From: the human T2T-CHM13v2.0 reference genome, Homo sapiens
Assembly: GCF_009914755.1 (NCBI RefSeq)
Contig: NC_060939.1
Length of the DNA: 64,000 bases
Direction: 5' to 3' (one strand)
The position numbers were made by a program, and so were the translations under genes. Positions 27,741-44,400 of the stretch are shown piece by piece (the stretch's first letter is position 1; each line of letters starts with the position of its first letter). The notes below the pieces were generated by a model. The model worked only from the letters and a program-made list of their open reading frames with translations. It made no database searches and was not told the DNA's origin.

Positions 27741-27780
27741 ATTTATTTATTTTATTTATTTACTTATTTATTTATTATTA
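27741..27780 (-). repeat. Degenerate L1 poly(A) tail, now a (TAAA)n microsatellite
   Basis: atttatttattttatttatttacttatttatttattatta abuts the L1 3' end tactttaag. Confidence 0.9.
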
Positions 27781-27981
27781 TACTTTAAGTTTTAGGGTCC
27801 TTGTGCACAATGTGCAGGTTAGCTACATATGTTTACATGTGCCATGCTGGTGCGCTGCACCCACTAACTCATCACTTAGCATTAGGTATATATCCCAATG
27901 GTATCCCTCACCCCTCCAACCACCCCACAACAGTCCCCACAGTGTGATGTTCCACTTCCTGTGTTTATGTGTTCTCATTGT

Positions 27982-30456
<2,475 letters not shown>

Positions 30457-30519
30457 TATGATGTTAGCTGGTTATTTTGTTCGTTAGTTGATGCAGGTTC
30501 TTCCTAGTCACGATGTTCT

Positions 30520-31536
30520 TTACATTTTGGCATGATTTTGCCACGGCTGGTACCAGTTGTTCCTCTCCATATTTAGTGCTTCCTTAAGAAGCTCTTTTAG
30601 GGCAGTCCTGGTGGTGACAAAATCTCTCAGCATTTGCTTGTCTGTAAAGGATTTTATTTCTCCTTCACTTATGAAGCTTAGTTTGGCTGGATATGAAATT
30701 CTGGGTTGAAAATTCTTTTCTTTAAGAAGGTTGGATATTGGCCCCCACTCTCTTCTGGCTTGTAGAGTTTCTGCCAAGGGATCTGCTGTTAGTCTGATGG
30801 GCTTCCCTTTGAGGGTAACCTGACCTTTCTCTTTGGCTGCCCTTAACATTTTTTCCTGCATTTCAACTTTGGTGAATCTGACAATTATGTGTCGTGGAGT
30901 TGCTCTTCTCGAGGAGTATCTTTGTGGTGTTCTCTGTATTTCCTGAATCTGAATGTTGGCCTGCCTTGCTAGGTTGGGGAAGTTCTCCTGGATAATATCC
31001 TGCAGAGTGTTTTCCAACTTGGTTCCATTCTCCCCGTCACTTTCAGGTACACCAATCAGACGTAGATTTGGTGGTTTCACATAGTCCCATATTTCTTGGA
31101 GGCTTTACTCATTTCTTTTTATTCTTTTTTCTCTAAATTTCCTTTCTTGCTTCATTTCATCCACTTCATCTTCCATTGCTGATACCCTTTCTTCCAGTTG
31201 ATCACATCAGCTCCTGAGGCTTCTGCATTCTTCACGTACTTCTCGAGCCTTGGCTTTCAGCTCCATCAGCTCCTTTAAGCACTTCTCTGTGTTGGTTTTT
31301 CTAGTTATACATCCTTCTAAAATTTTTTCAACGTTTTCAACTTCTTTGCCTTTGGTTTGAATGTTCTCCTGTAGCTCAGAGTAATTTGATCGTCTGAAGC
31401 CTTCTTCTCTCAGTTAGTCAAAGTCCTTCTCCGTCCAGCTTTGTTCCGTTGCTGGTGAGGAACTGCATTCCTTTTGAGGAGGAGAGGCGCTCTGCTTTTT
31501 AGATTTTCCGGTTTTTCTGCTCTATTTTTTCCCCAA
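30520..31536 (-). pseudogene. L1 ORF1 pseudogene, copy B
   Basis: 1017 nt. Start ATG>TTG, TAG at codon 5, TGA at codon 110, TAA at codon 144 (31105-31107). The C-terminal 186 aa remain open. Confidence 0.94.
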
Positions 31537-32443
31537 CTTTGTGGTTTTATGTACTTTTGGTCTTTCATAATAGTGATGTACTGATGGGTTTTTGCTGTGG
31601 ATGTCCTTTCTGTTTGTTAGTTTTCCTTCTAACAAACAGGACCCTCAGCTGCACGTCTGTTGGAGTACCTGGCCATGTGAAGTGTCAGTCTGCCCCTGCT
31701 GGGTGGGTGCCTCCCAGTTAGGCTGCTCAGGGTTCAGGGGTCAGGACCCCACTTGAGGAGGCAGTCTGCCCATGCTTAGATCTCCAGCTGCGTGCTGGGA
31801 GAACCACTGCTCTCTTGAAAGCTGTCAGACAGGGACATTTAAGTCTGTAGAGGTTACTGCTGTCTTTTTGTTTGTCTGTGTCCTGCCCCCAGAGGTGGAG
31901 CCTACAGAGGCAGGCAGGCCTCCTTGAGCTGTGGTGGGCTCCACCCAGTTCGAGCTTCCCAGCTGCTTTGTTTACCTAAGCAAGCCTGGGCAATGGCGGG
32001 TGCCCCTCCCCTAGCCTCGCTGCCTCCTCGCAGTTTGATCTCAGACAGCTGTGCTAGCAATCAGTGAGACTCCATGGGCGTAGGACCCTCCGAGCCAGGT
32101 GCGGGATATAATCTCTTCGTGTGGCGTTTTTTAAGCCCATGGGAAAAGCACAGTATTCGGGTGGGAGTGACCTGATTTCTAGGTGCTCTCTGTCACCCCT
32201 TTCTTTGACTAGGAAAGGGAAATCCCTGACCCCTAGTCCTTCCAGAGTGAGGCAATGCCTCGCCCTGCTTTGGCTCGTGCATGGTGCACTCACCCACTGA
32301 CCTGCTCCTACTGTCTGGCACTCACTGGTGAGATGAACCTGGTACCTCAGATGGAAATGCAGAAATCACCCATCTTCCGCGTCACTCACACAGGGAGCTG
32401 TAGTCCGGAGCTGTTCCTATTCAGCCATCTTGTTTCCTCTCCC
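31537..32443 (-). promoter_or_regulatory. L1 5'UTR, short ~0.9-kb form lacking the ZNF93 segment; YY1 site reads AAGATGGCT (32423-32431)
   Basis: Colinear with the copy A 5'UTR, with the deletion junction ggagt|acct at ~31666. Confidence 0.9.
31993..32067 (+). pseudogene. L1 antisense ORF0 remnant, copy B (stop at codon 25)
   Basis: ATG GCG GGT GCC CCT CCC CTA GCC TCG...AAT CAG TGA. Confidence 0.75.
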
Positions 32444-35400
32444 GGAACACTCTCTTTGTAGAATCTGCAAGTGGACATTTGGAGCGCTTTCAGGACTATG
32501 TTGGGTAACAAAATATCTTCATATAATAACTAGACAGAAGCCTTCTAAAAACCTTCTTTGTTATGTGTGCATTCATCCCACAGAGTTGAACCTTTCTTTT
32601 GATTTAGCAGTTTGGAAGCACTCTTTTTGTAATATCTGCAAGTGGACGTTTTGTGCACTTTTAGGCCTATGGTAAAAAGGAAATATCTTCACATAAAAAC
32701 TAGGCAGGAAGATTCTGACAACCTTCTTTGCGATATGTGCATTCATCTCACAGAGTTGATCCTTACTTTTGATTTAGCTGTTTTGAAGCCCCCTTTTGGT
32801 ACAATCTGTGATTGGACATTTGGAGTGCTTTGAAGCCTTTGGTGGAAAAGGAAATATCTTCACATAAGAACTAGACAGAAGCATTCTGACAAACTTCTTT
32901 GTGACGTGTGCATTCATCTCACAGTGTTGAACATTTATTTTGATTGAGCTGCTTGAAAACCTCTTTTACTGAAGTCTGCAAGAGGACATTTCTAGCGCTT
33001 TGAGGCCTATGGTAGAAAAGGAAATATCTTCACATAAAATCTAAACAGACACATTCTGACAAACATCTTTGTGATGTGTGCATTCATCTCACAGAGTTGA
33101 ACATTACTTTTGATTGAGCAGTTTTGAAACACTCTCTTTGTAGAATCCACAAGTGGACATTTGGAGCTCTTTGAGGCCTATGGTGGATAACGAAATATCT
33201 TCGTATAATAAAGAGAAAGAAGCATTCTGAGAAACTTCTTTGTGATGTGTGCACTCATCTCACAGACTTGACCTTACTTTTGATTTAGCAGTGTGGAAAC
33301 ACTCTTTTTGTAGAATCTGCAAGTGGACATATGGAGCACTTTGAGGCCTATGGTAGAAAAGGAAATATCTTCACATAAAATATAGACAGAAGCAATCTTG
33401 GAAATTTCTTTGTTATGTGTGCATTCATCCCACAGAGTTAAACCTTTCTTTAGATTGAGCAGTTTTGAAACTCTCTTGTATTATCTACAAGTGGACTTTT
33501 TGAGTGCTTTGTGACCTATGGTGAAAAGGAATTAACTTTACATATATTCTACAAGAAGCAATCTGAGAAACTTCTTTGTGATGTGTGCACTCATCTCACA
33601 GAGTTAAACCTTTGTTTAGTTTGAGCAGTTTTGGAACAGTCTTTTTGTAGAATCTGCAAGTGGACACTTGTGCTTTGAGGCCTATAGTGGAAAAGGAAGT
33701 ATCTTCACATAAAAACTAGAAAGAAGAATTCTGAGAAACTTCTTTATGATGTGTGCATTCATCTCACAGAGTTGAACCTTTCTTTTGATTGAGCAGTTTG
33801 GAAACACCCTTTTGGCAGAATCTGAAAGTGGACATTTGGAGAGCTTTGCAGCCTATGGTGGAAAAGGAATTATCTTCATGTAAAATCTAGACAGAAGAAA
33901 TCTGAGAAACTTCTTTGTGACGTGTGCATTCATCTCACAGAGTTAAACATTTCTTTTGATTGAGCAGTTTTGAAACTCTCTTTTTGTAGAATCTGCAAGT
34001 GGACATTTGGAACACTTGGGGCCTATGGCAGAGGAGGAAGTATCTTCACATAAAAACTAGACAGAAAATTTTGTAAAACTTCTTTGTGACGTGTGCATTC
34101 ATCTCACAGAGCTGAAGCTTTCCTTTGATTATGCAGTTTGAAAGCACTCTTTTTATAGAATCTGCAAGTGGACATTTGGAGTGATTTGAAGCCTGTGGTA
34201 GAACTGGAAATATCTGGACATAAAATCTGGACAGAAGCCATCTGAGAAACTTCTTTGTGATGTGTGCTATCATCTCACAGTGTTAAACTTTTCTTTTGGT
34301 TGAGCAGTTTTGAAAATCTCTCTTTGTAGAATCTGCAAGTCGGCATTTGGAGCTCTTTGAGGCCTATGGTGGAAAAGGAAATATCTTCACATAAAAACTA
34401 AGTAGAAGTATTCCAAGAAACTTCTTTGTGATGAGTGCTTTCATCTCCCATATTGAACCTTTCTTTTGATGGAGCAGTTTTGAAGTACTCTTTTGGTAGA
34501 ATCTGCAACTGGACATTTTGAGTGCCTTGAGGACAATGGTGGAAAATGAAATATCTTCACATAAAAACATCATCACATGAAAAACTCAGAAGAATTCTGA
34601 GACACTTCTTTGTGATGTGTGCATTCATCTCACAGAGTTGAAACTTCCTTTTGATTGAGCAATTTGCAAACACTCTTTTTGTAGTATCCACAAATGAACA
34701 TTTTGAGCGCTTTGCGACCTATAGTAGAAAAGGAAATGTCATCACATTAAATCTAGACAGAAGCAATCTGAGAAACTTCTTTGTGATGCGTGCATTCATC
34801 TCACAGAGTTAATCATTTCTTTTGATAGTGCAGTTTTGAAACTCTCTTTTTGTAGAATCTGCAAGTGAACATTTGGAGCGCTTTGAGGCCTATGGTGGAA
34901 TAGGTAATCTCTTCAGATAAAAACTAGACAGAAGTACTCTGACAAACTTTTTGGTGATTTGTGTGTTCATCTCACAGATTTGAAGCCTTCTTTGAGCAGT
35001 TTTGAAACACTCTTTTTGTAGAATCTGTAAGTAGACATTTGGAGCTCTTTGCAGCCATAGGTAGAAAAGGAAATATCTTCACATAAAATCCAGACAGAAG
35101 CAATCTGAAAATCTCTCTGATGTGTGCATTCATCTCACAGAGTTAACCCTTTCTTTTGATTGAGCAGTTTTGAAACTCTCTTTTTGTAGAATCTGCAAGT
35201 GGACATTTGGAGCACTTGGGGCCTATGGCGGAGGAGGAAGTATCTTCACATAAACACTAGATAGAAGCATTCTGAGAAACTACTTTATGATGTGTCTATT
35301 CATCTCCCAGAGTTGAATCTTTCTTTTGATGGACCAGTTTTGAAATACTCTTTTTGTAGTATCTGCAAGTGGACTTTTGGAGTGCCTTGAGGCTTAAGGG

Positions 35401-38400
35401 GGAAAATGAAATATCTTCACATAAAAACTAGACAGAAGAATTCTGAGAAACTTCTTTGTTATGTGTGAGTTCATCTCACAGAGTTGAAACTTTCTTTTGA
35501 TTCAGCAGTTTGGAACCACTCTTTTTGTAGAATCTGCACGTGGACATTTGGAGCTCTTTGCGGCCTATGGTAGAAAAGGAAATATCTTCACATAAAATCA
35601 AGACTGAAGCAATCTGAGAAACTTCTTTGTGATGTTTGCATTCATCTCTCAGAGTTAAACCTTTTTTTTGATGGACCAGTTTTGAAATTCTCTTTTTATA
35701 GGATCTGCAAGTGGACAATTCGAGTGCCTGGAGGCCTTTGGTGAAAAACGAAATATCTTTACATAAAAACTAGAGAGAAGAATTCTGAGAAACTTCTTTG
35801 TGATATAAACATTCCTCTCACAGAGTTAAACCTTTCTGTTGATTGAGCCGTTTAGAAACACTCTTGTTGTAGAATCTACAAGAGGACATTGGAGTGCTTC
35901 GTGGCCTATGGTAGAAAAGGAAATATCTTCACATAAAATCTAGACAGAAGCAACCTGAGAAACTTCTTTGTAATGTGGGAATTCATCTCACAGAGTTAAA
36001 ACTTTCTTTTGATTGAGCAGTTTTGAAACTCTCTTTTTCTAGAATCTGCAAGTGGACATTTGGAACGCTTTGAGGCCTATGGTGGAAAAGGAAATAACTT
36101 CACATACAATCTTGACAGAAGCAATCTGAGAAACTGCTTTGTGTTGTGTGCATTCACCTCACAGAATTAACCCTTTCTTTAGATTGAGTAGTTTTGAAAC
36201 TCTCCTTTTGTAGAATCTGCAAGGGGACATTAGGAGTGCTTTGAGGCCTATGGTGGAAAAGGAAATATATTCACATAAAAAGTAGATTGAAGCATTCCAA
36301 TAAAGTTCTTTGTGATGTGTGCATTCATCTCCCAGTGTTGAACCTTTCTTTTGATGGAAAAGTTTTGAAATACTCTTTTTGTAGAATCTGCAAGTAGACA
36401 TTTGGAGCACTTTGAGGCCTATGGTGGAAAGGGAAGTATCTTTACATAAAAACTAGACAAAAAATACTGGGGAACTACCTTGTGATGTGTGCATTTATCT
36501 CACAGATTTGAAACTTTCTTTTGATTGAGCAGTTTGGAAAAATTCTTTTTGTGGAATCTGCAAGTGGACATTTCGAGCTCTTTGCAGATTATGGCAGCAA
36601 AGAAAATAACTTCACATAAAATCTATGCAGAAGCAATATGAGAAATTCCTTTGGGATGTGTGCCTTCATCTTACAGAGTTAACCATTATTTTGATTGAGC
36701 AGTTTTGAAACTCTCTTTTTGTAGAATCTGCAAGTGGACATTTGGAGCGTTTTGAGTCCTATGGTGAAAAAGGAAGTATCTTCACATAAAAACTAGATAG
36801 AAGAATTCTGAGAAATTTCTTTATGACGTGTGTGTTCACCTCACACAGTTGAAACTTTCTTTTGATTGAGCAGTTTGGAAACACTGCTTTTATAGAGTAT
36901 CTGCAAGTGGACATTAGGAGCACTTTACGGTCTATGGTAGAAAAGGAAATGTATTCACATAAAATCTAGACAGAAGCAATACAAGAAACTACTTTGTGAT
37001 GAGTGCATTCATCTCACAGAGTTAAACCTTTGTTTTTATAGAGCAGTTTTGAAACTCTCTTTTTGTAGATTCTGCTAGTGGACATTTGGAGCACTTTGAG
37101 GTCTATGGTGGAAAAGGAAATATCTTCACGTGAAATCTAGACAGAAGCAATCTGAGAAACTTCTTTGTGATGTGTGCATTCATCTCACTGAGTTAATCCT
37201 TTCTTTCGATTGAGCAGTTCTGAAACACTTTTTTTATAAAATCTGCAAGTGGACATTTGTAGGGCTCTCAGGCCTATGGTGGAAAAGCAAATATCTTCAC
37301 ATAAAAACTAGATAGAAGCATTCAGAGATACTTCTTTGTGATGTGTACATTCATCTCCAAGAGTTGAAACTTTCTTTTGAAGGACCAGTTTTGGAATACT
37401 GTTTTTGTAGAATCTGCAAGTGGACATTTGGAGGGCTTTGAGGACTAAGGTGGAAAAGGAAATATCTTCACATAAAAACTAGACAGAAGAATTCTGAAAA
37501 ACTTCTTTGTGATGCGTGCGTTCATCTCACAGAGTTGAACCTTTCTTTTGATTGAGCAGTTTGGAAACCCTCTTTTTGGAGAAACTGCCAGTGGACATTT
37601 GGAGCACGTGGTGGCCTATGGTAGAAAGGAAAATATCTTCATGTAAAGTCTAGACAGAGGCAATCTTAGAAACTTCTTTGTGAAGTGGGCATTCATCTGA
37701 TGGAGTTAAACCTTTCTTTTGATTGAGCAGTTTTGAAACTCTCTTTTTGTGGGATCTGCAAGTGGACATTTGGAGCGCTTTGAGTCCTATGATGGAAAAG
37801 GAAATATTCTCACATAAAAACTAGACAGAAGTATTCTGAGAAACTTCTTTTTCATGCGTGCATTCATCTCAAAGAGTTGAACTTTTCTTTTGATTGAGGA
37901 GTTTGGAAACACTTTATTTTGTAGAATCTTCAGGTGGACATTTGGAGCGTTTTGTAGCCTATGGTAGAAAAGGAAATATCTACACATAAAATCTAGACAG
38001 AAGCTATCTGAAAAAGTTCTTTGTGATGTGTGCATTCATACTCCAGAGTTAAACCTTTCTTTTGATTGAGCAGTTTTGAAACTCCCTTTTTGTGTAATCT
38101 GCAAGTGGACTTTTGGAGGGCTTTGAGGCCGATGGTGGAAAAGGAAATATCTTCAATAAAAACTAGATAGAACTATTCTGAATAACTTCTTCATGATGTG
38201 TGCATTAATCTACCAGAGTTGAACCTTTCTTTTAATGGACCAATTATGAAATACTCCTTTTGTAGAATATGCAAGTGGACATTTCGAGCACCTTGAGGCC
38301 TATAGAGGGAAAATAAATACTTTCGCATAAAAACGAGACAGAAGAAATCTGAGAAACTGCTTTGTAATTTGTGCATTCATATCACAGAGTTGAATCTTTC

Positions 38401-41400
38401 TTTTGATTTTGCAGTTTGGAAACTCTCTTTTTATAGAATCTGCTGGTGGACATTTGGTGCGCTTTGGGGTCTATGGTAGAAAAGGAAATCTCTTCACTGA
38501 AAATCTAGACAGAAGCAACCTGACAAACTTCCTTGTGATGTGTGCTTTCGTCTAAGAGAGTTAAACCTTTCTTTTGATTGAGGAGTTTTGAAACTCTCTT
38601 TTTGTAAAATCTGCAAGTGGATATTTGGAACTCTTGAGGCCTTGGGTGGAAAAGGAAATATCTTCACATAAAAACTAGACTGAGGAGTTCTGAGAAACTT
38701 CTTTGTGATGTGTGCATTCATCTCACAGAGTTCAAAGTTTGTTTTCATGGAGCAATTTGGAAACATTCTTTTTGTAGAATCTTCAAGTGGACATTTTGAG
38801 GGCTTTGAGGCCTGTGGTGGAAAAGGAAATATCTTCACATGAAAACTACAGAGAAGAATTCTGTGAAACTTTTTTTCTGATGCGTGCGTTCATCTCACAC
38901 AGATGAAACTTCCTTTTGATTGAGAAGTTTGGAGACACTCTTTCTGTAGAATCTGCAAGTGGACATTTGGAGCCCTTTGCAGCCTATGGTAGAAAAGGAA
39001 ATATCTTCATATAAATCTCTGCCAAAGCAACCTGAGAAACTTCTTTTGATGTGTACATTCATCTCACAGATTCAAACCTTTCTTTTGGTTGAGCAGTTTG
39101 GAAACAATCATTTGTAGGATCTGCAAGTGGACATTTGGAGTGCTTTGCGGCCTATGGTAGAAAAGGAAATATCTTCACATAAAATCTAGGAAGAAGCAAT
39201 CTGAGAAACTTCTTTCTGATGTGTGCATTCGTGTCACAGAGTTAAAACTTTCTTTAAATTGAGCAGTTTTGAAACTCTCTTTTTGTAGATTCTGCAAGTG
39301 GATGTTTAGAGCGATTTGATGCCTATGGTGGAAAAGAAAATATCTTCAAATTAAAACTAGACAGAAGAATTCTGAAAAACTACCTTGAGACGTGTGCATT
39401 CATCTCACAAAGTTCAAAGTTTCTTTTCATGGAGCAGTTTGGAAAAACTCTTTTTCTAGAATCTGCAAGTGGATATTTGGAAGGCTTTGAGGCCTACGGT
39501 GGAAAAGAAAATATCTTCAAATGAAAACTAGAGAGAAAAATTCTGTGAAACTTCTTTCAATGCATGCGTTCATCTCACACAGATGAACCTTTCTTTTGAT
39601 TGAGCAGTTTAGAAACACTCTTTCTGTAAGATCTGCAAGTGGACATTTGGAGCTCTTTGCGGCCTCTTGCAGAAAAGGAAATATCTTCATATAAATCTTG
39701 GCCGAAGCAATCTGAGAAACTTCTTTGTGATGTGTGTATTCATCTCACAGACTTAAACCTTTCCTGTGATTGAACAGTTTGAAACTCTCTTTTTGTGGAA
39801 TATGCTAGTGGACATTTGGATCGCTTTGAGGCCTATGGTGGAAAAGGAAATATCTTCACATGGAAACTAGACAGAAAAATTCTGAGAAACTTCTTTGTGA
39901 TGTGTGGGTTCATCTCCCTGAGTGAAACCTTTCTTTTGATGGACCAGTTTTCAAATACTGTTTTTGTAGGATCTGCAAGTGGACATTTCAAGCCTCTTGA
40001 GGCCTACAGTGGAAAAGGAAATATCTTCGCATAAAAACTAGACAGAGGAATTCTGAGAAACATCCTTGTGTTGTGTGCATTCATCTGACAGAGTTGACCC
40101 TTTCTTTTGATTGAGTAGTTTGGAAACTGAGGGCTTTGAGGACTAAGGTGGAAAAGGAAATATCTTCACATAACAACTAGACAGAAGAATTCTGAAAAAC
40201 TTCCTTGTGATGCGAGCATTCATCTCACAGAGTTGAACCTTTCTTTTGACTGAGCAGTTTGGAAGCACTCTTTTTGTAAAATCTGCAGTGGACATTTGGA
40301 GCACGTGGTGGACTATGGTAGAAAGGGAAATATCTTCATATAAAGTCTAGACAGAAGTAATCTGAGAAACTTCTTTTTAAAGTGGGCATTCATCTGACAG
40401 AGTTAAACCTTTCTTTTGATTGAACAGTTTTGAAACTCTCTTTTTGTAGAACCTGCAAGTGGACATATGGAGCGCTTTGAGACCTATGATGGAAAAGGAA
40501 ATATTCTCACATAAAAACTAGACAGAAGTGTTCTGAGAATCTTCTTTTTGATGTGTGTGTTCATCTCAAAGAGTTGAACTTTCTTTTCATTGAGGAGTTT
40601 GGAAACATTTTATTTTGTAGTATCTGCAGGTGGACATTTGGAGCTTTTTGCAGCCTATGGTAGAAAAGGAAATATCTACACATAAAATCTAGACAGAAGC
40701 TATCTGAAAAACTTCTTTGTGATGTGTGCATTCATATTCCAGAGTTAAAACTTTCTTTTGATTGAGCAGTCTTGAAACTCCCTTTTTGTGTAATCTGCAA
40801 GTGGACATTTGGAGGGCTTTGAGGCCGATGGTGAAAAAGGAAATATCTTCAATAAAAACTATACAGAAGCATTCTGAATAACTTCTTCATGATGTGTGCA
40901 TTAATCTCCCAGAGTTGAACCTTTCTTTTAATGGACCAATTATGAAATACTCCTTTTGTAGAATATGCAAGTGGACATTTCGAGCACCTTGAGGCCTATA
41001 GAGGGAAAATAAATACTTTCACATAAAAACGAGACAGAAGAATTCTGAGAAACTTCTTTGTGATTTGTGCATTCATATCACAGAGTTGAACCTTTCTTTT
41101 GATAGAGCAGTTTGGAAACCCTCTTTTTGTAGAATCTGCCAGTGGACATTTGGTGCCCTTTGCGGCCTTTCATAGAAAAGGAAATCTCTTCACAGAAAAT
41201 CTAGACAGAAGCAATCTGAGAAACTTCTTTGTGATGTGTGCATTCATCTCACAGAGTGAAACCTTTCTTTTGATGGAGTAGTTTTGAAACTCTCTTTTTG
41301 TAGAATCTGCAAATTGACATTAGGAGCGCTTTGAGGCCTATGGTGGAAAAGGAAATATGTTCACATAAAAATTAGACAGAAGCATTCTGAGAAACTTCTT

Positions 41401-44400
41401 TGTGATGTGTGCATTAATCTCCCAGAGTTGAACCTTTCTTTTGATGGACTAATTTTGAAATACTGTTTTTGTAGGATCTGCAAGTGGACATTTCAAGTGC
41501 CTTGAGGCCTGCAGCGGAAAAGGAAATATCTTCACATTAAAAACTAGAGAGAATAATTATGATAAACTTCTTTGTGATGTGTGCATTCATCTCAAAGAGT
41601 TTAACCTTTCTTTTGATGGACCAGGTTTGAAATACTCCTTTTGTAGAATTTGCCAGGGCGCATTTTGAGCGCCTTGAGGCCTATGGTAGAAAATGAAATA
41701 TCTTCATATAAAATCTTGACAGAAGCAATCTTATAAACTTCTTTGTGATGTGTGCATTTATCTCACTGAGTGAAACCTTTCTTCTGATTGAGCAGTTTTG
41801 AAACTCTCTTTTTGTTGAATCTGCAATTGGACATTGGGAGCGCTTTGAGGCCTAAGATGGAAAAGGAAATATCTTCACATAAAAATTAGACAGAAGAATT
41901 CTGAGAAACTTCTTTGTAATGTGTATGTTCATTTCACAGAGTTGAAACTTTGTTTTGATAGAGCAGTTTTGAAACACTCTTATTGTAAAATCTGCATGTG
42001 GACATTTGGAGCACTTTGCGTCCTATGGTAGAAAAGGAACTATCTTCACATAAAATCTAGACAGAAGCAATCTGAGAAAATTATTTGTGATGTGTGCATT
42101 TATCTCACAGAGTGAAACCTTTCTTTTGATTGAGCAGTTTTAAAACTCTCTTTTTGTAGGATCTGCAAGTGGACATTTGGAGCGCCTTGAGGCCTATGAT
42201 GGAAAAGGAAACATCTTCACATAAAAAATAAACAGAAGAATTCTGAGAAACTTCTTTTTTATGTGTGCGTTCTTCTCACAGTGTTGAACCTTTGTTTGAG
42301 CAATTTGGAAACACTCTTTTTGCAGAATCTGCAAGTGGACATTTGGAGTGCTTTGTGGTCTATGGTAGAAAAGGAAATATCTTTACACACAATCTAGACA
42401 GAAGTAATCTGAGAATCTTCTTTGTGATGTGTGCATTCATCTCACAGAGTTAAACCTTTCTTTTGATTGAGCAGTTTTGAAACTCTCTTTTTGTAGAATC
42501 TGCAATTGGACATTTGGAGGGCTTTGGGGCCTATGGTGGAAAAGTAAATATCTTCACATAAAAACAAGATAGAAGCATTCTGAGAACTTCTTTGTGATGT
42601 GTGCATTCGTCTCCCAGAGTTGAACCTTTCTTTTGATGGACCAGTTTTCAAATACTGTTTTTGTAGGATCTGCAGATGGACATTTCGAGCGCCCTGAGGC
42701 CTATGGTGGAAAAGGAAATATCTTCACATAGAAACCAGAGAGAAAAATTCGGAGAAACTTCTATGTGATGTGTGCATTCAACTCAAAGAGTTGAACCTTT
42801 CTTTTGATGGGCCAGGTTTGAAATACTCCTTTTGTAAAATCTGCCAGGGGTCATTTCAAGTGCCTTGAGGCCTATGTTGGAAAATGAAATATCTAGACAG
42901 AAGAATTCTGAGAAAGTTTTTCGTGATGCATGTGTTCATCTCACAGAGTTGAACCTTTCTTCTGACTGAGCAGTTTGGAAACACTGTTTTTGTAGAATCT
43001 GCAAGGGGATATTTGGAGCCCTTTTCATTCTATGGTGGAAAAGGAAATAACTTCACATAAAATCTAGACAGAAACAATCTGAGAAACCTTTTGTGATGTG
43101 TGCGTTCATCTCACAGAGTTAAACCTTTCTTTTGATTGAGGAGTTTTCAAAATCGCTTTTTATACAATCTGCAATTGGACATTTGGAGCCCTTTGAGGCC
43201 TGTGGTTGAAACGGAAATATCTTCACGTAAAAACTAGACAGAAGAATTCTGAGAAACTTATTTGTAATTTGTGCATTCATCTGACAGAGTTAAACATTTC
43301 TTTTGATTAAGCAGTTTTGAAATAAACTTTTTGTGGAATCTGAAAGTGGACCTTTCAAGCACCTTGACGCCTATGGTGGAAAATGAAATATCTTCACACA
43401 AAAACTAGACAGAAAAATTCTGAGAAACTTCTTTGTGATGTGTGCATTTATCTCACAGAGTTAACCGTTTCTTTTGATTGAGAACTTTGGAAACTCTCTT
43501 TTTGCAAAACCTGCAAGTGGACATTTGGAGCGCTTTGAGGCTTATGGTGGGAAAGGAAATATCTTCAAGTAAAAACTAGATAGAAGCATTCTGAGAAACT
43601 TCTTTGTGATGTGTGCATTCATCTCCCAGAGTTGAACCTTTCTCTTGATGGACCAGTTCTGAAATACTCTTTTTGTAGAATCTACAAGGGGACATTTCGA
43701 TCGCCTTGAGGCCTCTGGTCCAAAAGGAAATATCTTCACATTAGAACTAGACAGAAGAATTCTGAGAAACTTCTTTGTGATGTGTGCGTTCCTCTCACAG
43801 AGTTAACCTTTCTTTTGATTGAGCAGTTTGGAAACACTCTTTTTGTAGAATCTACAGGTGGACATTTGGAGCAGTTTGCAAAGTATGGTAGAAAAGGAAA
43901 TATCATCACATAAAATCTAGACAGAAGAAATCTTAGAAACTTCTTTGTGAAGTGTGTGTTCATCTCACAGATATAAACCTTTCTTTTGATTGAGCAGTTT
44001 TGAACTCTCTTTTTGTAGAATTTGCAAGTGGAAATTTTGATCACTTTGAGACCTATCATGGAAAAGGAAATGTCTTCACATAAAAACTAGACAGAAGTAT
44101 TTTGAGAAACTTCTTGGTGATGCGAGCATTCATCTCACAGAATTGAACCTTTCTTTTGATTGAGCACTTTTGAAACATTCTTTTTGTAGAATCTGCAAGG
44201 GGACATTATAAGTGCTTCGGGTTCTATGGTAGAAAAGGAAATAACTTCACATAAAATCTAGACAGAAGCAATCTGAGAAACTTTTTGTGATGTGTGCATT
44301 CATCTCACAGAGTTAAACCTTCCTTTTGATTGAGAAGTTTTGGAAGTCTCTTTTCGTAGAATCTGCAAGTGGACATTTGGAGAGCTTTTAGGCCTATGTA

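Noticed and set aside
34555-34595. Small local insertions and deletions (also ~24505, ~21825, ~42890, ~44398, ~5005, ~5332)
   Set aside because: Ordinary slippage or deletion decay of single monomers, with no sign of foreign sequence.
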